A model generated the notes under the pieces. The model ran no database searches. It saw nothing but the letters and a program-made list of their open reading frames with translations, and was not told the DNA's origin. Shown here in pieces: positions 16,182-32,986 of a stretch of 64,000 nucleotides of DNA (its first letter is position 1; each line of letters begins with the position of its first letter). Made by a program: the position numbers and the translations under genes. This DNA is from the human T2T-CHM13v2.0 reference genome, Homo sapiens: NCBI RefSeq assembly GCF_009914755.1, contig NC_060942.1, one strand, 5' to 3'.

Positions 16182-16557
16182 GAAAAGATGTATCCTGGTC
16201 TTCTGCATAATGTGCACTGTCCATCTGTTGGACATGGACTGATCACGGTCATGTTCCTGCTGGTGAGGAGGTGCCAGAAGGACATGTGTAGGAGAGACAG
16301 TGAGCGTGTGCTACTCGGAGCTTAGGAAGGGCTGTTCGTTGAATTGAAATCTGAACATGTTGATCTCATTCTTACGTTTGTAGGGGGAATCCCAAATTGT
16401 CAGCAACCCATCACTCCCAGGCAAAATCCAAACTGCTGGGCTGTCCCCTTGGACTGATTTGTGTGCTGGCTTTTGGGGACAGCTATCCTCTGCACAGTGG
16501 ACACCAGGCTCTGTTAAGCTGACCTCTAATGTGCCTTGAGGTTGGTTACCTTGGTGA

Positions 16558-17244
<687 letters not shown>

Positions 17245-18031
17245 TGAAACTGTGGAATGAGTGAATGGATGAATGAATGTGTATGTGCTCCGACTAGGAC
17301 TTTGTTTGATGAATAGGCAGGGTGGACTTATGTAATATGATTTGAGTGGCATCATCTGCCACCAATTTGTGGAATGACGTTATTAATCATTCATCTGGTT
17401 GGATGAAAGGCTTCTTCCTGGCTGGCATGGCTTTTGAAATGTAGCACCCTGCAGGGGTAGAGTAGGGCAAACCTCTGAAGTCATTACCACCCATTAGCAG
17501 CTGAGTGTGAATTGGTTAATCAGCTCACTTCCCTCCTGGGGGCTCCCTGAGAGCAGGCCTGGAGGGCCCTGTGGGTCTGGGCTGGTGCAGAAGAGGCAGG
17601 GGGGTTTCAGGGCTGGGTGGGCTAAGTGTCAGGAAAAGACCTTCGGAGAGAAGAAGCAAGGAACTTAGAGGGGAAGGGGGCTCCAACAAACTCCTCCCAG
17701 CTTTTCCAGGAAGGCTGCCCCGGGGCCTCTAATAGGTGAGCTGGGACCTAAGACGCCCACCACCCCCAAGGTCAGGGGGATTCCTTTGTGTGTGTGCATT
17801 TGCCTTTCTACTTATTCTTCTTAAAGAAATTACCCATAAGCTGCCTAACAGTGCCTGATCTACAGAACACTCAATAAATGTTGAAAAACAGCAAAATGTG
17901 GAAAGCATGGTTTTGCAAACCAACCCTGACTCTCTCAAGAGTCAATAGGATGACGCTGGGCCAGTAGCTTCCTCTCTTGGGTTCTTTCTTCAGCATCAAT
18001 TGCTGATCAGACCATGGCTCTGATGGGGGCT

Positions 18032-18156
18032 CGTGTGCGCGCATGCATGTGCATGCAGGAAAGTGTGTGTGTGGGGGGGGGGAGTGCATGTGGTGCGTGG
18101 TTGGGGTGTGCATGCATGTGTATCTGTGTGTGTGCACACGGGTGCAAGTGTGTGTA
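18032..18156. repeat. Degenerate (TG)n / RY-alternating tract
   Basis: gtgtgcgcgcatgcatgtgcatgc...gtgtgtgt. Confidence 0.7.
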
Positions 18157-20444
18157 GGGGGAGTCTCTGTGAGTTGGGCTATTTAAATGTTTAAGGAAAT
18201 GATCAGTATCAGGGCAATGTTTTTGAATAGTTAAATGTGATTCAAGAAAACTGTTTTAAGAAAGAAATAAACGGTGCTATGACAACCCACAAGTTAAAAA
18301 GAGACCCGTATCTGGAAACAAGGGATAATGTGCCATGTTTTCCTGCAGGGCAAGCTGTGTCCCAGCCCCTGTGTTGGAAGACCTGAGCCACTGCAAACTG
18401 CTTTGGGGGCAGCTCAACCAAGGCACATCCACAGCGCAACATGCCCCACACAAGTCCAACAGCCCAACACTCCTTTCCAACGCATAGGCCTGTTTTCCGC
18501 AGAAGGCACACAACTCACACATGCTCCGTTTCCATTTTGCAACCTCACATCCGTAGGTTTTTCTAACATTGTTATTTCCCACAAATTGCATCTTTTGCGG
18601 CACATGATAAAACGAACTAGGTTAAGCTGAAATCGTGTAGCCACTTCCCATGGCCTGGTGAGGAAATCAGAGTGTGTTTTGCTTTGTATTCTATTCCCAC
18701 CTCAAAGGCAGGATTAAAGTAGCACTGCTTGTCACGTCTCATTATGGAAATCGGTGTGGCCCTCACAGGGGCGCAGTCAGTTCGGGACTAGGAGCTGCTC
18801 TGAAGGTGTGACCTGCCTGCAGTCCAAGACCACAACCTGTCATTTCAGAGCAGGGAAGACCAGCCAAATCTCCCAGCAGTCTTAATCGTATTCACAAAAA
18901 AAAAAAAAAAAAAAAAGGAGGCAGAGGGTCATGGGTTTCCCCATTCCGTAAACTGCTTGCGAAAATAGAATGGATTTCACAAATGACTCGCTTTGTTTGC
19001 TTTCTATTATCACATTGCATGGGCAGAAAGAGGCATGTTTTCTTCTGTTTTAAAATGTGCAAGAACCAGGGACACAGATCCCTGTTTCAAGAACATCTTC
19101 CAGATGGAAACGATTAGAATGCCCCCTCCTTACTTTCTTCATGCTCATCTCTTCTAATACGTTGGCTTTTCCTTGCCGGAAGTCAAGGAGCAAGCAGTAA
19201 GGAAGTGTATGCCTCTGCATTTGTTCTCTTAATTGTCACAAATAATTGGATTTTGGGAGAGAGACAGGAAGGGTCGAGGTGGGGCTACCTTATGTGAGGA
19301 GGCAGGAAGAGTTGTCCCAGGATGTTGCATTGCTCTGTTTTGTTTGTTTCTTTCTTTCTTTTAGAGCTCTGAGGGTGAATTTGATTCTTCTGTATTTTTT
19401 TTCCTTTTTTGGTGAGCTTCGTTTGGGGTTTTCCACGCTATCATTATTACGAACAATGAACCAGGGGAAGAAGGGTAGGGAGGAAAAGGTTTACTGGAAA
19501 TAATTACGAGGCTGCTGCACAAATCAGGAGACAGGATGGTATAGAATTTTATTTCATTCTGTCTCCCTGCACTTGAGTCTCAAGTATGCTTCCCATAACG
19601 ATGCAATTAATCTTGACATATAAAGACTGACCAGAATTCTAAACCTTAGGAAAACACACCTCAGCAAAATTCTACATGATGTTAACATAAAAAGCATGAG
19701 ACAAGAAGGGAATTTAAATGATTAAAAATAATTGTAATGTAATTTCACTGCGTTCATCCATACCATTGCATTTCTTGAGCCGTTTTTACCTAATGCTGCT
19801 CCGAGAGAGAAGAGCATCTGAAAGCGGAGTCTGCATCGGGGTTGTCTCTCTGTTTATTTCTTCCACTCCCCTGTCTTCAAGGCTCTTCCAAGAATGGACC
19901 TCACAGTCTCCTTCAGTCATTCACTCAAAGACGTAACCATCCTCTGGGCTAGGAAATGCATCCTTGCAGCTCTCTCAAGCTGTTTACTCTCCACTCTTCC
20001 GACCTCTCTTCAGAATGACATTTCTCAGAGAGCAAAGTCCCTCTCATTTGCCTGGGAAATCTGCGATGCATTATCTAATACAGCTCATCCTCTAATAGAT
20101 ACTGATAGAAATCGATTTAAACCTTTACAACTCCTATTAATTATACACTTGAGATTTCAATAGCTGGTGAACGAAAACTTCACTAATATCCCGTAATCAG
20201 GCAGAGCGAGACAGCGTGGTAGAAATTGTAAATGTATATCAAGCCAGTATACGGAAGAAATGATCCAACATGTGTGTACAAAGGGTAAAACCGTGAGTGT
20301 GTGTGTGAGCGAGGCCAGCTGTGAAGCTCTGGCCTGCCTCCGTACCACTCCAGCTGCAGCTTAATGTGGTAACTAAGAGAGCAAAGCCCGCGAGGTTTCT
20401 CAAAAGACAGGTAGAACCCCAGACTGGGAGTTTCTTAGACATGA

Positions 20445-20847
<403 letters not shown>

Positions 20848-21996
20848 TGAGGCTTCCCAGAAAGATGCAAGGTCTGAAGTCACAAAACCTGTACTATCAG
20901 TGGTATGGCCGGACGGTTTGTGTCTCTCCACTCTCCCTGAACAGAGGGTCACGTTAGCGGGTCTTTGTCCTCAGGCAGGGGTCGGGTCGGAATGATGTCA
21001 TCGGTGGGCTGTGCAGGGTCTCCTCCCAGATGAACACATTTCCTGGTTTCCCTTTACCGCCATCCCCTTCTGACACCGGCAGCCGTGCTCCTGAGTGCCT
21101 TTTTGTTCCTGTGTTTTCTGGAAAAGTGTATGGTTTTGTGTTGGAGTGTTTTTTATCAGTGTAAATGGTATTGTGTTGCACATTTTATTTTGCTTCCTGT
21201 TCATTCACTCCGGATTGTGCCCTTGGGGTCCACCCCTTCTGAACGTGTACACATATGACTTGTCGCTTGCTAGGAGTGCCCCGGTACTGATCCTTTCCAA
21301 AATGACCGCTCTGTCCTTCCAGAGTGGACACGCAGGGTGCTTCTAACTCCCTACTACCAAAGGCACTCGGGTAAATACCCTCGCTCCATGAGCAGCCTTG
21401 TGGAGGCCTCTGTGGAAATGCGTGCTCTGAAATGCACTGCTCTGAAACACGCCTTTGGTCATGGGGTGAGTGTGTGCTTCACATACCTCGGATGGCTGGT
21501 GGTGCGTCAGGGTGGAGCCACCAACTGCCCACTCAGAAACAGACCCGGGCCGGTCCAGGATCACGTATCCTACATAAAGGAGGCTTCCTCGGGCAGTGGG
21601 AAAACCTCAAGCCATCCCTGAGCCTTCTGTCCTATCCCATTTGACCTTTGGTTCTTGTAGCAATCACAATCACAATCCAAGACTGATTTGGGATTTGATT
21701 TGGGATTTTACGTAATATTTGGCAGAGAAAACCCCCTCATGACGTTTCTTTAGGGTTGACTTACTGTTTCATGAACATTGATTTTTTTCATAAGTTCCTT
21801 AAGTGAATCCGACTTGAAGGTTGATTGATATTGCACTGAATTTGTAGACTAATTTGAGGACAATTGAAGCCATTGAGAAAACTAAGTTGTCCCATGCAAG
21901 ATGGGATTTGTTCGGATCATTTACCTCTTTAGTCTTTTTTTACTTTTTAACTTTGCATTTTGAAATAACTTCCAACCTTACTAAAAAGTTGCAAAA

Positions 21997-22333
<337 letters not shown>

Positions 22334-22711
22334 TCACCCAGCTTCCCCAAATGTCACCGGCTTAAATGCAGCTTAGGGATCAAAATCAGGGCATCAGCGC
22401 TGATGCGACGCTCTTCACGAATCCGCAGGCAGTGTTCACGTTTCACCAGCTGTCGCCTTCACACCTTCTTCTGGTCCCAGACCCGATCCAGGACCACACA
22501 TTGCCCTTAGTGATCATGGCTTCTGCATCTGGGATGGTTTCTCGGTGTTTCTGTGCCTTTCATGAGCTTAACACCATGGACGGATATACTAACTGAAGAA
22601 ACAATGGCTGGCCTGTTATTTTGTAGGATGTCTCCCTTTGGGAGTTTTTCTGATGTTTCTTCATGATTGAATTCAGGTTGTACATTCTTGACAAGATTAC
22701 CGCATAACTAT

Positions 22712-22847
22712 GCTTGACCAGTAAAATAGTGAATGCCCAGGTATCACATGAGACATACTCATACCAAAAATGTATTCACTGTTCATCTGAAATTCAGATG
22801 TAACTGGGCTTTCCCTATTTTTCCTTTGGCAAATCTGGGAGGCCTAC
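22712..22847. mobile_element. MER53 (hAT-type MITE), internally deleted
   Basis: GACATACTCATACCAAAAA...ATCTGAAATTCAGATGTAACTGGGC...AAATCTGG resembles the recalled MER53 right half. Confidence 0.65.
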
Positions 22848-25402
22848 ATATATGTGATTCTATGTCCTGCTCTGGGCATCATTTAAGGAGAACATAATTT
22901 TGACAACTCTCATCTAGTTTGATCAGTTGGTTAGGGTGACGTCTGCCATGTTTCTTTTAAATTGATGCCTATTTTCTCTGGAGAGATAGTTTGTGTTTAA
23001 ATAAATATCCAGTATCTCATCATATTTTGCCCACTAATTTAGCACTGGTTGATGATTTCTTGCCTGCAACAATTATTAAAGTAGTGTTTGCAAAATGGGG
23101 TCTTGAGGCAGCTATCATGTCCTCCGTATTCATTAATTGTGACACTACTATAAGGAAGAGCTGTGGATTCTCCTCCATTATGTATTCAATTATATTTTAT
23201 GTTGGTAGGAAGGCATGGATATTAATGTTATTGGATGGGAAATAATCCATTACTGCCATTATTTATTAAATAGCAGTTTCTGAAATTGTTCCAGGTTTGG
23301 CCATGTGAGAGGGCTCTGGCATCCTTTGATGTGCCATCGTTATTCTCCGAGCACTTCCCTACTTTCTGGCACTACGACCTGTTCCAGCCCCTCTTGGGCT
23401 CCACCTACCCAGCCCTGGAACCAGCCCTGGAATCAGCCCTTTCCCTGTTCCTTTAATCGAAGAATGGTATTTAGAAGCCAAGATCTAGCTTCAAGGATGC
23501 ACTCTTCCTCGAGAATTGTCATTCTCATTATTAATTTTACTTTTAAACTTTTCATTTTTAGTTGTACATGGCAAGTATAGAGAAATACTATTTTATTTTA
23601 TATTTCACAACATAATTAAAGCTTCTACCTTGTACCGATATCTAATATACTTGATTTTTAGATGGCCAGTCATACAAGTGCAATTAGGTCTTATTACTTT
23701 CCTCCCACTAACATTTATTTTTATTTTCTTTCATTATAGTATTGACCAAGGCTGCTATGACTACATTAAAATGTAGACATGATAGTGGGTATTCTTATAT
23801 TCTTATATTATGCCAGAAAGTATTCTTATATACCCACAATCATGTCTACATAGGGGGGGGATAGGGGACCTCAACTTAAAGAGAACAAAGCTAAAGTTGT
23901 TTGTTTATGTTTAAATGCTTCAGATTTTTTATCTGAAACTTTGCTAAGTAAATTTCTTCTATGATCTAGGTTGCTGAGATGTCTTTCATTTTTAAGTCAT
24001 AAATGAGCATTGGCCTTCTTAAATAACTTTTCTTGCATTGTTGACTTTTTGAGAAGATCATCTAATTTTTTTGTTACAATCAGTTAATTGGAGAAAGGCA
24101 TTGATTACTTTTCTGATATTCATCCATCTTTGCACTCCTGGAATAGCCCTTCTTGGTAATGATTTATTCTTTTTAAAATATAATATTGTAATCTCTTGAT
24201 TAATATTACTCTATATGTAGGATTTTTGAAACTGTACTTTCTGTTTTTACATTGCCTTTATCTTATTTTGAAATCAAGATGACACTAGCTTCATATAAAA
24301 TAGCTAGGCAATTTTTTATTGTTTATATATTCTAATAAAAATTCTACAGGAGAAGACAACTATTTCTTAAAAGTTTGGCAGACCATGGAAACACAATTAG
24401 AACTAATAAACAAATTAAGCAATGTTGTGGGATATAAGATCAATGTACAAAATCATTGTATTTCTATATATAAGCAATAGGCGATCTGAAAATTAAATTT
24501 AAAACAATACCATTTACAAAGGCCTCAACAAGAATAACATACTTAGGAATACATTTAAAAATGAAAGTGCAAGACATGTACATTGAAAACTACAAATTAT
24601 TGTTGAAAATAAATTTTAAAAGACCTAAAAATATGGTAAGACACCCTATGTCCATGGACAGAAAGACTTGATGTTAAAATGGAAATACTCTCAAAAGTCA
24701 TCCACAGATTTACTGCAATCCCTCTCAGGATACTAGCTGACTTTTTGCAGAAATCGGCAAGCTGATCTTAAAATTTGTATGAAAATGAAAGGGACCCAGA
24801 ATAGTCAAAACAATCTTGAAAAAGAACAAAGTTGGAAGACTCCTATTTCTGATTTTAAAACTTACTACAAGGCTAAGGTAGTCAATACAGTGTGGTACTG
24901 GCATAAGGGAAGACACATGGATAAATGGAATAGAATTGAGAGTCCAAAAACAAAACCTAACATTTACGGTCAATTGATTTTTGACCAAAGAGTTAATATA
25001 CTTCAATGGGGAAAGAATAATTTTTTCAACAAATGGTGGGGAGACAACTGGATATTCGCAGGGAAAAGAATGAAATTAGACCCCTATCTCACACTATACA
25101 CAACAGTTAACTCAAAGTGGGTCACAGACCTAAATAAATGTAAAAGCTAAACCTATAAAACTCTTCAGAGAAAACGGAAATAAATCTTTGTGATGTTGGG
25201 TTAGGCACTGATTTCTCAGGTATAACACCAATATCACAAGTGACCAAAGAGAGATTGGTAAATTGGACTCTATCAAAATCAAAAAAATTCAGTGCTTCAA
25301 AAAAGATGCCATCCTAAAAATGAAAAGACAACACACAGACTGGGAGAACATATTGGTAAATCATATATTTGATAAGTCAATTGTATCCAAAACATATAGC
25401 CG

Positions 25403-25717
<315 letters not shown>

Positions 25718-25871
25718 TTACAGCTCAATAATAGAAAGACAACCAATTTAAACATGGACAAAGGATTTACATAGACATTTATTTAAGGTAGATGTATCAA
25801 CAGCCAACAAGTACATGAAAAGAAACTGACCATTATTAGTCACTAGAGAAATGCAAATAAAAACTATAATG

Positions 25872-26040
25872 AATTAGCTGGACATGGGGTTTTGCGCCTG
25901 TAATCCCAGCTACTTGGGAGACTAAGGAGAGGGGATGGATTGAGCCCAGGAGTTTAAAGCTGCAGTGAGCTCTGAGCCACTGCACTCTAGCCTGGGCAGC
26001 AGTGAGACCCTGACTTAAAAACAAAAACAAAAACAAAGCA
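25872..26040 (+). mobile_element. Alu right monomer (FRAM/AluJ-like)
   Basis: AATTAGCTGG...TGAGCCCAGGAGTTTAAAGCTGCAGTGAGC...(AAAAAC)n. Confidence 0.8.
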
Positions 26041-26487
26041 AGAAAACCCCACCATAATGAAATACTACTTTATACCTACCAGAATGGCTTTGATGAAAGA
26101 AATAGACAATAATGAGTGCTGGCAAGGATGTGAAGAAATTGGAACACACATGTGTTTTTGGTAGGGATAAAAATGGTGCAGCCAATTTGGAAAACACATC
26201 AGCAGTTCCTCAAAATGTTAAACATAGGGTTATTAGATGACCCAGCAATTGTATTCCTAGGTATATACTAAAGAGAAATTAAAAAAAAAACATGTACACA
26301 CAAAAATTTATACACAAATATTCATAACGGCATTGTTCATAATAGCCAAAAGGTGAAAAGAATCCAAATGTCCATCACCCAGTGAATGGGCAATATGGAT
26401 AACATGGTGTATCCACAAGATGGAATGCTACTTGGCCTTGAAGACACTGCGCCAAGTGATGAAGCCAGACACAAAGGACCTACATTG

Positions 26488-26800
<313 letters not shown>

Positions 26801-28680
26801 AAGTATGATACTATTTGTATGAAATGTTCACAATAGACAAATCTGTTGACACAAAAAGTCATTAGTGGTTGTGCAAGGCTAGGGGTGGGGAGGAGAGGTT
26901 GGGGAGGGAAATGGGAAGTGACTGCTAACATTGCACAACTCAAAATATACAAAAGCCGTTGAGCGGTATGCATTAAGTGGGCGAACTTTATGGCATGTAA
27001 ATTACATCGCATAAGAGCTGTACTGTTTGGTAGCATTCCCTTGTAAAGCTATCTGTGGCTGAGATGTTTTGAAAAGGGGAGATCTTTAATGCTCATTTCA
27101 ATTATTTAAACACCTTTTGGTCTATTTATTTCCCATGTTTCTCTCTGTGTGAAATTTGGCATTTTTTCTTTATATGGCTTTTCAAAGTTCTTAGCAGTTG
27201 TTCACAGTGGCCTTTTTAATACCTTGGGCCCAAAGACATTCCCCTATTTCCTAGTGCATCTTGAGCTCTGGGTCATCTCTCTTCCTGTCTTCTTCTGTCT
27301 GGCTAGAAATCTCTCCCATTAATTTGTTCCAATAACCAGCCTTTGCTTTTTAAATCTCCTTTAGTATTTTTGTTGCCTGTATCGTTGAATTACATCTTCA
27401 TGTTCATTGTCTTCTCTTTTATTTAGTTTTGCTGTGTTGTTCCCTTTTCAGCTTCTTAAATTGAATAATTGGCTTATTTAAGTGCAATTTCATTTCCTCA
27501 TAAATGTATTCGAGGCTAGCAATTCCATCCATCCTAAGCACTGCTTTTATGATGTCTCACATTTTTTTATTGTATAGTGGTTTCATTATGACCTAGTTTT
27601 AAACATTAATTAACTTTCTTTTTAAGTAGTATGTTTTTGCTGTTTTGTTGTTTCCAAGCAAAGGGACTTTTAAAAAACCATCACTGTTTTAGACATTTCT
27701 TTTTGTCGCAGTATTGTTAGAGAGCCTAATCTGAACGGCACCGATCCTTTGTGGCCTAACGCATGGCCTATTTCTGCCAATGTCTCGCATGTGTGTTCAC
27801 AAACACGTGCACTCTCTTAGGTCTGGAGTTCTTCTTATCTCTAATAGCTCCGGCATATTAATCATATTGTTTGGATCTTTGACATCCATGCTGAGCTTTT
27901 GTCTTCTTGCTCTGTCCATTTTTGAAAAAGATGTACTAACGTCTCCAACTACAATTACTGATTTAACTATTTCTCCCTGCCGTACTGTCGCCCGTGGCTC
28001 AGTGTGTGTTGAGGCTGTCACTGATGTTCATGAAGGACATCACTTCCAGCTCTCAGGCTGCCTTCATCAGTCTGTAATATCATCCTTTGGCCTCATGGTA
28101 TTTTTTAGCCTTATATTCTCTTTTGTCCGATATTAAGATTACTACACCAACTTTCTTTAGGTTCATAGTTGCTTAATATAAACTTTCATTCTTTTTCTTT
28201 TTAACTTTTTTTTTTCATTTTGTCTTCCATGTGTTTCTTTAATATTCTTGTTTTTAACTCCAGGTTGACGGTATCTGTCTTTTAGTCGGTGGATTTAACC
28301 TATTTATGCTTATATTTACTCATATTTAAAAAACTTACTTCTGGTAGCTTATTATATTTTTAACTTACTGAACTTCTCATTTCTTCCTTTTTGTTTTTGT
28401 TCCTGATTTTAATTGTATAGATCAAGTTTTCTTCTGCTGGTTTAGAAGTTGTTTTTATACTTGTTATCCTTATCTTAAGATATAGTCTCATGTTTACTTA
28501 TCCCTACTGACTTCTTGAACTTATTAATATCTGCATTTTTCTCCTAAGAGGAAAAGTACTTTATCATATTGTCATCTGCCTTTAATATTTTGATACTGCC
28601 CAGAATTTAAATTCTGGGTTTGCTTGAATAGTGAATATTACCAAAATATTTGGTTTTCATTAATTCTCTATCTCTTATAG

Positions 28681-29010
<330 letters not shown>

Positions 29011-29204
29011 GTGCTTCTCTTATTTTTATTGCTTTCCTCCAAAATGTTTTCTCACAAAAAATGAGTCTTTGTATGGCAAACCATTTGAGAGCTATGTGAG
29101 AGAGTACTTTTATTATACCTTCAAATTCGTATGACAGTTTGTCTAGAAATAATATTCTAGGTTCAAATTTCTTTTCCTTCAATTATTTAAAAATATGGCT
29201 CTAT

Positions 29205-29544
<340 letters not shown>

Positions 29545-29837
29545 TCAGTGTCGCTGTTGGGAAATCGAATGGCAGTCTGGGTCTTGTTCCTTTGCAGGTG
29601 AGCTGCTCTTTACTTATGGAAGCTCTTGGAATATTTTCTTTGCAATCGGTTATATTAAATTAACTACAATATGTCTAGGTATGGGTTTTTCCTTACCCCT
29701 GTCCTGTCTTTTTTATTCTATCAGCCTTTTTTTCCCCTCAGAAACATATCTTCATTAGTTTAAAAAATTTTCTCCTCTTGGATTTTGTCACTCTTTCTGG
29801 GATTCCTATCATCCCGATGTTGGCACTTCTTTGCTTG

Positions 29838-30019
29838 TTTTTTTTTTTTTTTTGTCTGTTTGCTTTGTTTTTTGAGACGGAGTCTCACTCTGTTGCTCAG
29901 GCTGGAGTGCAGTGGCACAGTCTAGGTTCACTGCAGCCTCCGCCTCCCGGGTTCCGGTGATCCTCCTGCCTCAGCCTCCTGAGTAGCTGGGATTACAGGT
30001 GAGTCACCGCACCCAGCCC
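29838..30019 (-). mobile_element. Monomeric Alu (FRAM/FAM-like or collapsed dimer)
   Basis: Single arm bounded by TSD GATGTTGGCA(C/T)TTCT. Confidence 0.85.
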
Positions 30020-30310
30020 TGGATGTTGGCATTTCTATCCTCGTTTCCCTTAGCCTTTCTTTTCTATTTTGTATCTCTATCCTTTCCTTTTGCCTTATGG
30101 GAGAATTCCTCAATCTGATCTTTGGACTTTTCTGTCCATGCTTCAGCTGTTTCCACCTCACTGCTCAGCCTACTCATGGCTTCACATTGTTATTGTTTGT
30201 GGTTTTTGAAAACGTAGTTCTCAATTACAGCAACATTTTTAAGTGTATCAAAATAATAAATGCGGAACATAGTTTCCCAGTACATGAAAGTTTGCTATAT
30301 TAAAATTTTT

Positions 30311-30625
<315 letters not shown>

Positions 30626-30719
30626 AGTTTTGAAGTCAGAAATTGACAAGCGAGACACCTTGAAGTCCGGTGTTACACTGGCTTTGGAATCGGTCTTTGC
30701 CCGTCGTGATACTACCTCT

Positions 30720-31190
30720 CTCATGACTTTTTGGTTGCAGGTGACAGAAACTCCATTTGCACCAGCTTACATTAAAAAAAGAGGAGGGAGAATATGGTCG
30801 AGTGACCCCAGGAGTGATGGGGAGCACTGACGGAGTTTCTCCCTGCTCTGGAGAGCAGATCCGCTGGCTCCCAGCTTATGATCCATGAAGAGAACGTCTT
30901 CCCCTTGGGCTTCAATTTGAAGAATCCTGAAGACGACCCTGATGGCCTTTCGCGGTCCACGTGCCCCTTCTTGCACTACCGTGATGGTCCTATCCACGGA
31001 CGCCTTCTCTTGGGTTCTGTGGTTGGATGCGGAGGAATCATCGATCCTCTGTAGTGGAAGGGAAGGGAGGACACACCAAGACCATGTGGCCCCAAGAGCC
31101 GTGAGAGGAGCAGAAGCCTGACTGGTGCCTCTTACATGTCACTGCAGCCTCGGGGGGGGCCACCAGGAAAACACCTGACATCCTGTTCTC
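30720..31190. mobile_element. Old MaLR LTR (MLT1-like), degraded
   Basis: TTGGTTGCAGGTGACAGAAACTCC...CCAGCTTACATTAAAAAAAGAGG resembles the MLT1I/J/K terminus. Confidence 0.45.
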
Positions 31191-31242
31191 TAGTAATGGT
31201 GTGGCTGGAATCATTCCTGTACCAAATAATTCACCCATTTAA

Positions 31243-31643
<401 letters not shown>

Positions 31644-32511
31644 AGCAAATACCGTATCTGACTAGCACTTTCCATTTCCCTCCAACCCCCTAATGGTTTC
31701 TTTTCCCACAATAATCTAAATGTTTAAGGAACTGGTTTGCTAACTCATTTCTTAATGACAAGAATTAAGCCAGCACAGCCTCTGGTTTCTGACATTCTTT
31801 CCCTACAAAGTCATTCATCATTTATCCTTTTTTAAGGGACTTCCTTCATCTCTGTGCCTTAGGCTCACTTCCTGACTGTGGGGATCAGCTCCTCTCACCA
31901 ATGGTGAGTAGGGAGTACCTGCCGTTAAACCTCTGTCACCACAGGAGAGAGATGCCATGGATGGATGATTTTCTCTCTGATTCTTGGCATTAGTTCATTG
32001 GGCAAAAATTCAGCTTCCAGTTAAGCACCGGCCCATGGACCGGGCTTGGTCCTGTTTCCCCTGGAAGCACTGCTGGGAAACCAAGCCCAGCCCTGCAGGG
32101 CTTCCTCCTGCTGCCGCCCACGCCAGGATCAGCCTCCTCTTGCCGCTGCAGCCCCGTCGCTGCACCGGTTTCATCGGTCTGAAGTCCAGCTGCTCCTCCT
32201 TGGCCTCTGCACCTCAGCACAGGCTACTGCCTCTGAGGGGCCGCCCAGCCGTCGTCCTCCTCACAACCTCCCATGATCGTGGCCCTGAGGTCACCTTTCC
32301 ATTGGCGATGAACAATCCCATTGTCACTCCCCATGGGTGTGCCCACCGGAAGCTGCTCATGGGCAGGAGGGGAACTGTTCAAGCTGGTTTTTCCAGCCCC
32401 TACCACAGCGCTGGGTGTGTAGGTGGACAAGAAAGTCATTACGTATGTAAATGAGGAAGCGCATGAACACCTGAGCGTGTGAGAATTCGGTGGGGTGAAT
32501 GCCACTCCAAA

Positions 32512-32644
32512 TGTGTGTCAAATATGATGGGACTGAATGCAAATGAAAGTGGGTCAAGGAGATATTCAGAATAAAATGAGCAACTTTTCCTCATTATGTA
32601 GTCATTGCATAATTAAACGAAAAAAACATACTACAAAAGAGTAA
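32512..32644. repeat. 133-bp segment also present at 33093-33228
   Basis: TGTGTGTCAAATATGATGGGA...CATACTACAAAAGAGTAA at both positions. Confidence 0.95.
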
Positions 32645-32986
32645 TAAAATGATAATATAACAACAACAATAATAATAGCTAACATTCATCAGACACTTTC
32701 TATGCCCCAGCCCAGCTTTAAACACTTTATATTCATTACTGTTTTTCATCTTCACACGTGCAATTATCATCCCAACTTGACAAGATGAGCTGTTGGAAAG
32801 CACGTGGTGTGCACGTGTGTGTGCATTGTGTGTATGAGTGTGACAACATCTAGAAGTGTCATCAGTCATGATAATCTCTATATAGCCCTTAGATAAGCTT
32901 GTGCTCAAAATGCCTGTCTCAAAATAAACTAAAAAGGAACTACGGAGTCAGAGAAAATTGAAAAGAAACATGATTTTAAAAATTGC

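Noticed and set aside
24779-25150. 123-aa ORF with clear protein homology
   Set aside because: Fragment of decayed L1 ORF2p, not a host gene; same for 47659-47907 and 27797-28021.
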